From the NCBI RefSeq assembly GCF_006345805.1, contig NC_043003.1, positions 37,510,001 to 37,574,000 of the forward strand: a stretch of DNA of 64,000 nt, in the 5' to 3' direction. Below are positions 51,506-64,000 of the stretch, piece after piece. Positions within the stretch are counted from its first letter, which is position 1; every line of letters starts with the position of its first letter. The notes beneath the pieces are model-generated. The model saw only the letters and a program-made list of their open reading frames with translations. It had not been told where the DNA came from and did no database searches. The stretch comes from Octopus sinensis (Eukaryota). The position numbers and the translations under genes are program-made.

Positions 51506-52895
51506 TATTCCTTCTAATTTCCTCCTCATGGAATTCTTAGCAACTTAAAGACAACTGACAGATTTTGAAACAACTACAACTGTGAACATGGATGTAAAAC
51601 AAAAAAAAAATTATTGACTAACAAACCAAAGTAATATTTGTTGCTAATCTGAATTCCCCCATCCTATACACTTCTCGAGTGTACAACTTCCTATTATCAC
51701 ATGCTTTTGTTACCTAGAATGTTGATACCACAATAAAAAGAACTTACTGCACTCTGTCAAGTATTTGATGAACAAACCGGTGAGTACAGAATAGCAAGGC
51801 CTCTATAGTCTCATTGAGGACATGAGAATGTCTCAAGTGTCATGTCATGATAAAACGCACCCGGTACTCTTTAGTGGTTGGTGTTAGGAAGGCATCAGGC
51901 TGTAGAAACATCACCACCATCATCGTCGTCATTTAATGTCTGTTTTCCATGCTGGCATGGGTTGGACGGTTTGACTAAGGTCTGGGGAGCCAGTGGCTGC
52001 ACCAGGCTCCAATCTGATCTGGCAATGTTTCTACAGCTGGATGCCCTTCCTAACGCCAACCACTCTGAGAGTGTAGTGGGTGCTTTTTACATGCCACCGG
52101 CATGGGAACCAGTCAATGGGTACTGGTATTGGCCGTGTTCAGATGGTGCTTTTTATGTGCCACCGGCATGGGAGCCAATCAGGTGGACCAGGCATTGACT
52201 ACGTTCAGATGGTGCTTTTTACCTGCCACCGGCATGGGAGCCAGTCAGGGGACACTGGCATCTTCTAAGATTAGATTTTATGAGCAAGACATGTTCTCTA
52301 ATCTATGTCAGAAGCAGTTAATTCCAAATATGAAATGATTCAGGTTATGACAGTCCATCCAACCCATACCAGCCTGGAAAAAAGGTATAAAATAATGATA
52401 ATCTTTTCGACTAAAGGCACAAGGCCTGAAATTTTGGAGGAGGGGAATAGTTGATTACATCAACCCCAGTATTTGTCAAACAGTGGTTTGACAATGGGCT
52501 TCTTTCAGTTTCCACCTACCAAATCCTTTCACAAGACTTTGATTGGCCTGAGATTATTGTTGAAGACACTTGCTCAAAGTGCCATGCTATGCAACTGAAC
52601 CCGGAATTATGTGGTTGGGAAGCAAGCTTCTTACCACACAGCCATATCTGCACCTATACATGATCATAAAACCGTAAGATTTCTTTTACATTAGTTAATT
52701 ACAATTTTTTTACTCTGTTTTCCAGCTAGCATTTGGCCAGCTACCTACATACATAGAACACCTGAAGTTTATAACTGTGTTTCTTTGATATAATGGTACA
52801 TGGAATCCCATATTGCCTCAATGACTTCTTCTAAATTCTATTTTCAACTTTGCTTTTTATGTACCTCATAGTATAATTGTTTCCATTTTCTTCAG

Positions 52896-53211
52896 GTTCA
52901 GTTTTGCTCCATGAGTGGTATAAAGAAGAATAAAAATGGGATTACAGATCATTCATACGTGGTCGCACGGTCTTGTGATGGACGCAGTATCAAGGAACTA
53001 CCATCATCATCTTCCAACGGCAAAAAATTTCCAGTGTCTGATGATTGTTCGGATTCAGAATCAGACTCTGGTTCTGAAACTCCCACAGAAGATTCAAATT
53101 CTGTTAGAAAATCCTCGCACCATGGCAGGAATTTAAGATCACCTAAGATGCTGCAGTCACCTGTGGTTCCACTCCAGGGAAGCATTTTTAAAGAGAAGAA
53201 ATCAAAAAGCA
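52896..53211 (+). CDS. ORC1: ORC1 exon 4 (end of BAH, start of disordered region)
   Basis: ttcag acceptor in phase 0 (VQFCSMSG...), A|gttagt donor in phase 1; Ser-rich with SP/TP sites. Confidence 0.82.
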
Positions 53212-53354
53212 GTTAGTCTCGTATTTATTTTTGTCTCTTTTAGATTAAACAAGGGAAGGAGGTGTTGTCAGTTGAATCAACCCTCACATATTACTAGTGT
53301 TCTTACATTAGCCTCAAACAGAAGAAAAGTCATATTCAGTATTTAATTTACACA

Positions 53355-53738
53355 GGCATAGGAGTGGCTGTGTGTTAAGTAGATTGCTTACGAACCACAT
53401 GGTTCTGGGTTCAGTCCCACTGCGTGGCACCTTGGGCAAGTGTCTTCTGCTATAGCCTCGGGCCGACCAAAGCCTTGTGAGTGGATTTGGTAGACAGAAA
53501 CTGAAAGAAGCCCATCGTATATATATGTGTCTGTGTTTGTCTACCCCAACATCGCTTGACAACCGATGCTGGTGTATTTATATCCCCGTAACTTAGCAGT
53601 TCGGCAAAAGAGACCAATAGAATAAGTACTAGGCTTACAAAGAATAAGTCCTGGGGTTGATTTGCTCGACTAAAGGCAGTGCTCCAGCATGGCCACAGTC
53701 AAATGACTAAAAAAGTAAAAGAGTAAGAGTAAAGAGTA
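53355..53738 (+). mobile_element. Abundant tRNA-headed SINE, full-length copy in an ORC1 intron
   Basis: GGCATAGGAGTGGCTGTGTG...GGTTCAGTCCC head and (AAGAGT)n tail; more than a dozen partial copies in the window. Confidence 0.88.
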
Positions 53739-53989
53739 TACTGAAATTACAATAATCTAAGATAATTATAACTGCCTCTCCTAAAAAGTCTCAAAACTTC
53801 TGGAACTCACTTCATATATTGATAGATAGATAGATGGATACTCACATGCATATATATACTCACACACATACATAGATACTTAGGTTGGTAGATGGATAGG
53901 CAGAAAGGCAAACAGACATTAATTGATTGATTTAATTAATTAGTTACTATTTTCTTAATTTCTGATTTGTTTTATTTAATCATTTGCAG

Positions 53990-54332
53990 AACACCAAAGC
54001 AATTCAAAAACATCGAGAAAATTTAAATGCTCCCAGGTAGTTGATATGCTGGATGATGAGTCTGACAGCAGTTCTGATATGTCAGACATTAGTGAGAGTT
54101 CAGAAGCTTCCAGAGAAAATGGCCATCAATTAAACGGTCAGTCAAAATCCAATACAAGATTGAATACAAATCTTGATACTCCTCCAACTGCCACAAGAAA
54201 TAAAACTCCTAAGAATGATTCATCAGCTATTAAGAACCATCATGCAGAGAAAACTCCTAAAAGAAGTGTACGTCGAGGGCTGGTCGAAGAATTTGAATCA
54301 GTCAAAAAGAATCCCTTTGGTCTCACTCTCAG
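53990..54332 (+). CDS. ORC1: ORC1 exon 5 (disordered region)
   Basis: tttgcag acceptor in phase 1, AG|gttagt donor in phase 2; open frame with TPK CDK-type sites. Confidence 0.82.
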
Positions 54333-57170
54333 GTTAGTTCATTTATTTTTTACCAAATATAACAGGTCTTTTAGGACTCCTCCTGGCTAACTGAGGTGAT
54401 ATACTACCAGTCGACTAAATTAGGTCTTGATTATTTATATTCCATCAATGAAACTCCACCACGTTCAAGACCAAGACATGTTATTAACTTTCGCTGGTTC
54501 CGTTCAATTAGTTGTAAATAGGCACCATGAATAAGTTCAAACTCGATTCAGGAATCAGCAGCAGTACAAAATAATATTATCAACTTTTTAGCATTCAGAG
54601 TCTTCTGTCGAATGTATTGCTTATTCATATTGTTTTGGGATTAATTATGCATTGTGCTCTTGAGCAGGACACTTTATTTCACGTTGCTCCAGTCCACTCA
54701 GCTGGCAAAAATGAGTAGTACCAGTAATATGAAGAGCCAGCCTTGTCACATTATGTGTCACTATGAATCTCTCTGAGAACTACACTAAGGGCATGCATGT
54801 ATATGGAGTGCTCAGCCAGTTTCATTTTAATCTCATGAGCAGGCTGCTTCATTGATCTGATCAACTGGAACCCTCATCGTCATAACCAACAAGTATAGGG
54901 TAGATGGCTGGGGCCATGTCTGGCCAGTTTGAACATAAAACAGGTAACATTTTTTGGCCAGTTTGAGTGCTAAATGGTTAAGTCCTTTGTTAGCCAAGTT
55001 CAAATTCTTCCATGAGTACAGCTTGATTTTGCTAAGATTTTGCTAGACTGATTTGTCCTATGGGGTATGATTCTCAGTTCAGTGGAGAATGTTGGTGGGT
55101 AGTTTGCATTAAGTAAACTAGAACTGATGTGAGCTTCTACTTTTTCTGGATTGAATAGTAATTCTGTCTTAAATTTCGTTGTGTTGGTCTCTCTTTGTGT
55201 TTCTACACTAGTTCACACACCTATCTTTAGCCCAGTTTTAGCTGATGTTTAGAAGAAAACCAAAAGTGTTTATTGTAATACAAACACTAGAAAAGTACTC
55301 TTCCTAAGTTTGATGCCTTCAACATATATATACATACATGCACACACACAAAATATGGCTGTGTGTTTAAGCAGTTAACTTTGTGACTATGTGGTCTCAA
55401 GTTTAGTTCCACTGCATAGCAGCTTGATCAAATGCATTCTACAGTGGCCCTGAGTCAACCAAAAGCCTTGTGAGTGAATTTGATTGATAGAAACTAAAAG
55501 TAAGCTTGTTGTGTATGTGTGTTGGGATGGAGCAAGGAGGGGGGGTCTATGTCTTCTTGACTTGTCACCATGCACTAATTGTAAATAGGCATCACTGTCA
55601 TGTAAGTGAAGCTCTTTGTTTTCAATCTGCTTTGTAAACATATCCAAACTAGGGGTAATGTTACCTTGCTTACAAACATTAATGAGCTGATGAAGGAAGA
55701 ACATTTGGCTATAAAAGTATGCTTCAATGAATCTCATCTGACCTACACAAGCATGGAAAAGTGGATATTAAAATGCTGATGAAAACTATGATGATATGCA
55801 ATGAAAATGTGGCATGACTATTAGTGTGCTGCTCAGAGACAATTGAAGACTTCATCTTCCTTTCATGTCATGGTCAAATAAACCTGGTAAACCTCCAAAG
55901 TCATTTGAACTTGGAATAAAGCTTTAAACAGGATGATCTTAGCTCTGTGATTTGATTTGGTAGGTGGAAACTGAAAGAAGCCTGCCATGTATATATATGT
56001 ATGTTGTGTTATTGTTCCCTTGCCTTGACATCACATGATCATTGTAAACAAGTGTCACCATCATTCAAGCAGTGTCCTTTGTTTCCAAACTTTCATGAAA
56101 ACATGTCTGTTTATGGGGAAATATTACCTTACTTGGAAACAGGTAAGGATCAGTGACAGGAAGGGCATCCAGCGTGGAAAAGTAGACATTAAAATGGTGA
56201 TGATATATGTCATTAGTCAACCTAAGGTTTTAGTAGAAAAGACATGCTCAAAGTGCCATGATGTGGGACTGAACCCAAAAACACGGTTGTAAGATCAATT
56301 TCTAAACTACACAGTCATCCCTGCATCCAATATTCAATTACTTCTTCAATTTATTATCCATAAACTAACCACTTCTCTAAATATTTGTTTCCCTCTGCCT
56401 CAGTGCTTCTTCTCATATGTTTATACAAGCAAAACGTCCCCCATCCAATGGACAGTGCTGAGTCGTCAAATATTTAAACTAAATTTTCTCAAAACAACTT
56501 CTCCGACCATCCCATAGGCCTCCCCATTGAGAAACACTGATTTAACCTAAATTTGAGACACCAGCAAAAGAAGGAATAAAGATAGACTTTTTCTCTATTC
56601 CAAAGAAAAACGATTTTATTCACACAAATATGCAACCGAAGAGTTTAAAGTACCAGTAAGTACATCGCAACAGCTGATGTACAAATACACGTTCCCACAA
56701 CTTTATTGATCGCATTCTCACCTAGAATCGATTTTTGTAATTTTTTCAAGACTTATACATGCCCTGATACCATCAGTACCTACATATCAAATTTGAGCAC
56801 AATCGAATGGAGGATGCCCGAGATCCTAGAAGACACACGCAGAGACAGACAGAACGGATTTTATATAATAGATATGTTTATATATTCTGTCTCTTTGTTC
56901 TCTTGCCTTCTCTTGTTTTCTCTCACTTTAGTTTCATATTTTTTGGGGTGGGGTTTTCCCCCATAACAACCTTATCTGATTTTGTTTCCTCTGTATTTGA
57001 CTAAATTCCAAACCTTTTAAGGTGTGATATCAATATATAGTTTTATGCTGCTGATCTTATATTTTTGACATATATTTCCACAATTAACATTTTTCCTCAT
57101 CATCATCATTGTTGTCATTGTCATTACCATTATATTTAACATCTTTTATGTACTCTAAATTTTTGTGTAG

Positions 57171-57813
57171 GAGGAAGGTAGCATCTGTTGATCTTGTGAA
57201 TCTTTTGGATGAAGCAAGTTCTGAAGAAGATGATTTTGATTCAGATAGTGTGTCCAGTTTTAAATCAAAAGATTCAAGGCTGTCTGAAAAAGTTGCTCCT
57301 GATGAGAAAAGGAAACTTAGAGGAACTGATAAAAACAACAATACTCCATTAAAGGTCAAAGTTAAAACCAAAACAAAGAACAACAGTGTATCAAAGAGTA
57401 AGATAAAATCTGAAGAATTTGACAAGAAATCAGCGACTGTCAAACATGTGACTCCATTGAAGTTACAACTTGATAACAGTACATTGCGTAAGTCTTGTCG
57501 CAAAAGAAAGTTGGTTTCAAACTACAATGGTGAGAATGAGAAGAAAACAGATAGTCCTCAAGTGAAACAAAATTTGTCCTCAAAGAAATCAGGTCACAAA
57601 GAGAAAGTGTCCAAAAAGTCAAAATCAACTGATTTATCTTCTGATGAATACAGCCCTTCCAGTGATTCTGAAACTGATGGCACTTTTGATGATGATAATG
57701 ATGATGATGATGATGATGACGACTTTGTGACAAGCAAAAAGACCCCACGATCTTCTGTAAAGAAAAAAATTTTGAGTGAGCGAAAAACTTCCAAGTCTTC
57801 TAAAAGTAACAAG
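57171..57813 (+). CDS. ORC1: ORC1 exon 6 (Lys/Ser-rich disordered region with poly-Asp)
   Basis: tgtgtag acceptor in phase 2, AAG|gtatgg donor in phase 0; 214 open codons, part of ORF 57109-57909. Confidence 0.85.
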
Positions 57814-58891
57814 GTATGGAATTTTATGTACTGGAATGATTTGGTATTTTACTTCATCTTCAATACAATATATTGTTATTTTGCTTTAAAACAAGGACAA
57901 AACATTTGATTTAGATCAGAAGGATTAAGTTTTTGGTTTTGGTTTATCAAAACATCAGGTCTATCAATTAGAAAATCATTCCTGTTATCTTAATTCTGCA
58001 CCGTTTCAAGGACAGTGCAGCTTGACAGATGTTTGAAACACATGACTTTTATGTAACCCTTTAACTTCAAAATAAAATTTCATGGTTCCTTTAATGATGT
58101 TAAATTTCTATCAAAGAATAGAATTGGTATTTTCTGCATGTCGTGTTGCCTTAATAAACGTGACATATCTCAACAAAAATTAGTTTCCAACATGACATTT
58201 CTCAACGAAGGATTGATTGGCATTTAAAGCTGCTTTCTGCAGTTAAGGATAATAAAAGTTTGAGTGGATATATCTGATTTCCACAGTAAAAGGCTTAAAA
58301 AGCATTTAGCTGTTAATTCTAGGCCTCAATAACTGCATAGGGGTTCTCATGCAAATATTGACAATGTACACTACCATATTTCCTGTTTTCTTTGGCTATA
58401 CCCAAATGCCAGCTAAACCAATCATTGCCTAATACAATAATCTCTTTGCTTATAAATAATAAGAAACAAAAACATGATTATCAAAATACTGGAATTGCTA
58501 AGTCTTCATATCCTGGAATGTCTTTTAGAAATTTAATTGGCTTCTGGATCAGTAAACCAATGGAGAAAATGCTTTGTATCATTTAAAACGACATGTTTTT
58601 AAATTCCAAGTTTAAAACTTGCTGGCAGTAATTTTGCTGTCATTATTCTTCGTTGATTTCTTTCAACTCTTTACATTCTGTGTTCAAATCCCTCCAAGAC
58701 CACCTTTGCCTTTTATCCTTTTGTGGTCAATAAAGTAATATACCGGAGAAGCATGAAAGCATGGGATCAAATGCAATGACTTGATTCCACACTATGCATG
58801 CATATACAAATATATATATATAAGAATTTTTTGCGTAATAAGATAAAAACACCAAGGATGTGTAGATATTAGAGCATTTATAGATAGAAGG

Positions 58892-58940
58892 TCTTACAGC
58901 ATTTCTAGGATATTTATTAATTATATCCCTTCATTGGAGA
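58892..58940 (-). other. Degenerate hammerhead motif in a Penelope-type pseudo-LTR remnant
   Basis: TCT-CCAATGA-AGGGATAT...ATATCCTA-GAAAT-GCT-GTA-AGA; core mutated, probably inactive. Confidence 0.45.
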
Positions 58941-60310
58941 TGGTGTGAGAGGATAGTTAAGTCATAGTTAGTTTAGAGGTGATACAAAATAGAGAGTGAG
59001 GTGGAGGAAAGAAAATAGATGCAAGATATGTATGGGTATTGAAGTTGTAAATCCATGGTCTGTCTATAGCACTTATTCAGCATTACCTGGCACCTTTGGG
59101 TCTCAATGACACCATTATCTCTTATTTATATATATATGGCAGGATGCTTTTCCCTTATTTACTTGCAAGTGGAGAAATAATCTTACAGTCTGATGAACAG
59201 CAAACAACCCAGAGGGATTCCTGCCTTGTCTTCAGATTAGTGACTTTGTCCAAATTTTTGCAACACAGTGGACTCTACTAAAGGCACCATAGACGAAGGG
59301 AATTTATTAAAGCAAGTGTTAGATTAATTCTACCTCCTGTGAACACCCAGTGGGCTTTATATAGTTTCTATTTTCCCATTTCACATCCAAACTAATTGAT
59401 GCTTAAAATAATGGTACTCAGTGAGTGATTGCTAGCAAATGTTTCTCCCGCTAAAACCAGCCTAATCCCCACTTGCCAATATTAGTGCCTTCTCCCATTA
59501 TTAATTAGAAGAAAGTTTACTTCCATATAATTTTTGTTTTTTCACCTGTATCAGACGAGTTCAAAGCTACTGTAATTTTATCGAACACGGCAGTTTGTTC
59601 GCTCCATTTTCGATCGTCACTATTTCCCCTTTCTGTCATAGAAACACTGGTTTAAGCATTATAACCTCCGAGCCCCTTAATTTTTAACCTCTGTTGGCTT
59701 TATGGCTGCCAGTTCGAAATCTTGGGTGTGGTGGTGGTGGTGGTGGTGGTGGTGGGGATCTATTTATTGTTATCTCCCTTAAAGAATTTTTTTTTTTAGT
59801 TGCTTCCCCTGAGGACACAATACTGTGGATAAGAATAATTTAAATTTAGCATTACGTTTATCACTATAAATTTTTCATTATTACAGAAAAGACAGGTCTC
59901 CAGTTTTGTTTCGCTTTCTAGCCACTTCATTAGTAACTTGTGGAATAAAATGATTTGAAACACAAACCTGGTCCGTCTGTGAGGCTCTACCTTGGGAGTT
60001 CAGGGGTTTTAGAGAGTATGAGGTTATCTTTTAGTCATCACTACCCCAAAGTTTGCTATGGCTCTTGAATAGTAGAACCTTTCAAGGACTGCAGTTACGA
60101 GTCATATAGAAGAAAACGGCTTTGTTGCTAAGGCATACAGGACTCAGAAGACGACTGGCCCTTAGAACATGTGTTACACAGGCCCACAGGTATATGGACA
60201 TGCCCTATCATGTGAACCAGTCTCTCTGCTTGTGGTTTAAATAGACACTGTGTCTCAAGGGTAAGCTTGAGAGAACTGCAAATAACCTGGCAGAATGCTA
60301 CAAAAATCTA

Positions 60311-60522
60311 TGAAGGATGCTGAAAAGTTCCTGGCTTTCGGTAAAGAAAAATACTGGAGGATCAATTATGATTTTATTCAACTTATTCTCCTCTCAGATT
60401 CACACATTTATTGTATCAGTCCTTCAGTTTTTCTAAGCCCCGTAAAACAACTCAGACGTTTGGGCCTCCAACCAGACTTTATGCAATACATTTAAGGCCA
60501 CGGACTTTTCAACAGCCCCTTG
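60311..60522 (-). mobile_element. Mariner-derived MITE, same family as 37533-37749
   Basis: Reverse-complement similarity along its length; TA flanks. Confidence 0.82.
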
Positions 60523-60958
60523 TATAGAGAAAAATCAGGTATCTTCTGACTTTGACATGCCTGTTGATATGACACATGAAGAAAGAGAATGTGTTCATAG
60601 AAGAATTTACAGTGTCCAGCAAAATACTTTTTTTTTGTATTTTGGGTTATGTTCCTTTACATCCTGTGCTCAAATCACACCCACGCCAAGTTTGCCTTTC
60701 TACTTTCTGAGGTCAATAAAACAAGTGCCAATCAAACACTGGGGTTTACTATAATCAATTATGCCTTTGAAAGATCTTAGATGGCAGAAACCAGTGAAAG
60801 AATAAAATAGTTGGATGGCTAGAACTGGACTAGGTGCTTTGCTCATTTAGTCTCATGCCTTATACAGTCCAAATTAGATGTCATTTTGCTTTTCATACCT
60901 TTTGGGCCGACTATATATATATATATATAACAATATAAATAAAATATATATGCATATA

Positions 60959-60993
<35 letters not shown>

Positions 60994-61677
60994 GTATATA
61001 TGTGTACAGGACGTCACAAAACATAAACGACATGAAGCACAAAAATAGATTTGGGTATGCTAACAACGAGAGGAACAAATGGAAAACAAGACAAGTAACA
61101 TAAAGAACGACCCTTCATCAGTTGTCAGCTGTCTATCTACTCCTCATTTTGAGCATTGAATGACAATATGAGATTTTGAGAGGTAGTTGCTCCCGTGAAC
61201 CATAATTAAATTTGGTATTTGCAGAGGGTTAAAGCTGGTAACAAAAACAGGACAGTGGAGATATACAATAAACCAAACAAAAATAAACATGGAGGGCCAT
61301 TAGGCTAGACAAGGTAAAAGTAGCAGACACTGGAGAAATATTGTCTTTGACAAGAGAAATGATAGAAAAGGAGACAGATAAGAATGCGTGTGGTCTGTAT
61401 GACAGACTGACGGAAAAGAAAGATGATCACATGAGGAAAAGAAAGATGGATGATGGTCACGTGTGAGCAAGAAGAGAGAGTAAAGGAGAAAGAGGGTGAG
61501 AGAGAGAGATAGAAAACTGAAGGGGGGAAAAGAATTAGAGAAAGGATGAGAGAGAATAGTACAGAGTAGAGTCACATCAAAATTAAGATAAACTTACTTG
61601 GAAATGGATGCATGGCTTTCAATCATATAATAATATAAGTAAAATATATATATACTTATATGCATATATCCATACAT

Positions 61678-61722
<45 letters not shown>

Positions 61723-62446
61723 TATATAGGTACAGGATGTCACAAAATCATCTCTACTAAAAAAAATTTGACCATTCATAACATTTTATAAATTCTTCTT
61801 TAAGAGATCAGATTACACAGTCAGTAGAGCAACGAACAAAATCCATTGTGATATTTAATTATAGTTGTTTTCAGTTTTAACTTTGCTGTACCTTTCATCA
61901 TATCCTACTGTTCTTGTCCTCCAAATTTCTGGACTTGTAGCTATGTTAGAAATTCTTTTTGTTTTCATCATGATGATGATGGAGGCATTGACAGAAGAAT
62001 CAGTAAAGTATTAAACAAAATGCTTTGCTGTATTTCATTACATTTCTTTACATTCTGAGTTCAAATCTTACTGGTATCGTTTTTTTGCTTTCAACATCTC
62101 AGAGTTGATATAATAAGTACCAGTTAAATATTTAGTCCTCTCTTGACATAAATGACTCTCATTCCCTCTTCTCCAAAACATCTGGTCTTGTCTCTATCTC
62201 AGAAATAAGTTTTTCAACTCTCTTATATGCACGAGTATCTGTCATATGGTAGAAGTTTTGCATTCATCCTTTATATACATCTAACTCCCTTCACCCCATG
62301 TTTATTTCATATCCACTTCATTCACCTCCCATCATTCTCCCTAGCTCTCTGTATTCACTCACTCTTAAGTGACAGGCAATGTTACAATGTTACCCAGAAA
62401 AAGTTACAACTTGGTTAATTTTAAATGACGCTTCTTTTGTTTACAG

Positions 62447-62526
62447 AAAATAAGAACTCCTGGTGTCCCAGAACGAGTGAAACCAATGTCTAAATCTGGT
62501 GATGTATTTGAAGTAGCTCGAGGCAG
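62447..62526 (+). CDS. ORC1: ORC1 exon 7
   Basis: ttacag acceptor, AG|gtatgt donor. Encodes KIRTPGVPERVKPMSKSGDVFEVARGR, like the TP.I..R......LE.AR.R segment preceding the ORC1 AAA+ domain. Confidence 0.88.
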
Positions 62527-62796
62527 GTATGTCCACGAACATTAGGTTTTGATAGATTTTATTGTAAGACAATTCTTTTTCCTGACAACTCTTGACTTCA
62601 TTTCATACTGATATTGGACAATTTGGCAAACTATTTATTCTCTTTTTTTTCTGTTAATTTTTTTCTTTTTTTTAATGAATATTTCTAATGGTTTACTCTC
62701 CTTTCTTCAGTAAGATTTACATATATATATTCTGAAAACTGAAATCAAACTTTTACTCCATGCAAGGTCCCACAATTTTTATTCACTATACATATA

Positions 62797-63028
62797 TATT
62801 TCTTTACTGCCCACAAGGGGCTAAACACAGAGAGGACAAACAAGGACAGACAAATGGATTAAGTCGATTACATTGACCCCAGTGCGTAACTGGTCCTTAT
62901 TTAATCGACCCCGAAAGGATGAAAGGCAAAGTCGACCTTGGCGGAATTTGAACTCAGACCGTAACAGCAGACAAAATATCGCTAAGCATTTCGCCCGGCG
63001 TGCTAACGTTTCTGACAGCTCGCCACCT
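62797..63028 (-). mobile_element. tRNA-headed MetaSINE-like SINE with a Tx1-LINE-derived tail (tail type B)
   Basis: Same head and core as 51290-51505 but tail TTTGTCCTCTCTGTGTTTAGCCCCTTGTGGGCAGTAAAGAAAT; 15-bp TSD TTCACTATACATATA. Confidence 0.85.
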
Positions 63029-63892
63029 TCACTATACATATAGAATAGGAGCAACAATATATGTTCATCTAAGGGTATATTTAAAATCAATATCATGAGT
63101 GCTAGCCATTTTAGGCCACACTTAACATTATATCACCTTTCAAGCTACCATCAGACCTATTACTTAAATTTTTTTTTCTTTTACATATATCAGACTACAG
63201 CATCTAAGAAAATGCTATGTAGTTTTGTTCTCAGTTCTTTACATTCTGAGTTCAAATTCCACCAAGGTCATCTTTGCTTTCCGTCCTTGTGAGTTCAATA
63301 TAATACTGTGTCAGTTCTCAGAAACAGATCAGAAGATCTGGTATTTGTTCTGGGTGTCTGCGCAGATTTGGTTAACTTGTCTGCATCTAATCCTAACAGG
63401 ATAGTGTCTTGTAAAAAATATCCAAAGGAAACCATGGGAAACCACCTTTATATCCTCCCATGAAAATTTCATGAGAAGTACAATATGATTATCATAGCAC
63501 TCATCAGAAATTATTCAGCAACCTGATTATGTAAGGAACAAAGTACTACATTATCCAATGTGCCTTTTTAAGATAGTAACTGAGATTTGCTTGCTATTTC
63601 TAGCTAGTTGAGCAACATTGTAGAAGCTTTATTTTTTACTGGTCATTATTGTTTTGCTCCAGATTAGCTCAGATCCAAGAAATCGATGATCACATACATT
63701 CTAACTGTGGCCACTCCATCTAGTTCGGACACAATGTATCTAAGACAGTATTATTTAATGTATCCTTCCTTTTTTAAAGACATTTGAGGAAAAATGTTGT
63801 TGCCAATATCTTCTTAGAACCATTCAGTTGATGTTGATTTTGTTATTTTTTATTTGTATTTTAATGGTAATATTTTTTTTGTTCTCAAACAG

Positions 63893-63994
63893 ACTTCATG
63901 TTTCTGCAGTTCCTGAGTCACTACCATGCAGAGAAAAAGAATTTGCAGATATTTATTCATTTGTGGAAAGTAAAATCCTTGATGGGACTGGAGG
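63893..63994 (+). CDS. ORC1: ORC1 exon 8 (start of AAA+ domain; gene continues beyond window end)
   Basis: Encodes [35 protein letters not shown], nearly identical to the conserved ORC1 segment just before Walker A; cag acceptor, gtaaga donor. Confidence 0.97.
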
Positions 63995-64000
63995 GTAAGA

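Noticed and set aside
55050-55080. GGGGTATGATTCTC resembling a second tRNA-Pro
   Set aside because: Only about 14 nt match; no anticodon or T arm.
61090-61170. CTGATGA on the minus strand suggesting another hammerhead
   Set aside because: No correctly placed GAAA with stems II and III could be found in this copy.

Overview
AT-rich, repeat-dense animal genomic DNA. The SINE, RTE and microsatellite landscape looks like an octopus-type cephalopod genome (inference). I can assemble two divergently transcribed spliced genes by hand, with GT-AG sites and consistent intron phases. (1) Minus strand: the first four coding exons of a secreted/lysosomal papain-family 26/29-kDa-proteinase (CfaD-like) cysteine protease, at 18589-18550, 7260-7090, 4357-4185 and 2007-1770; the gene runs off the left edge. 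(2) Plus strand: the first eight coding exons of ORC1, ATG at 39560, covering the BAH domain, a long basic/acidic disordered region and the start of the AAA+ domain; it runs off the right edge. The rest is decayed transposons: mariner, Tc1, hAT, Merlin-like MITEs, Helitron, foldback MITEs, RTE, CR1 and Tx1/L1-type LINE pieces, tRNA-headed SINEs and Penelope-type pseudo-LTRs. The most interesting unannotated signal is a set of at least five different minimal type I hammerhead ribozyme motifs. One has a compensatory G3-C8 core swap, one is a U4C variant inside a 150-bp inverted repeat, and one is fused to a tRNA-derived Pol III head. Also notable: a SINE sharing its 3' tail with a Tx1-like LINE in the same window, a hAT MITE inserted into a tRNA-Pro gene, several long palindromes, and two near-identical tandem duplications that may be assembly artefacts. 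All coordinates were read by eye and no database searches were run.
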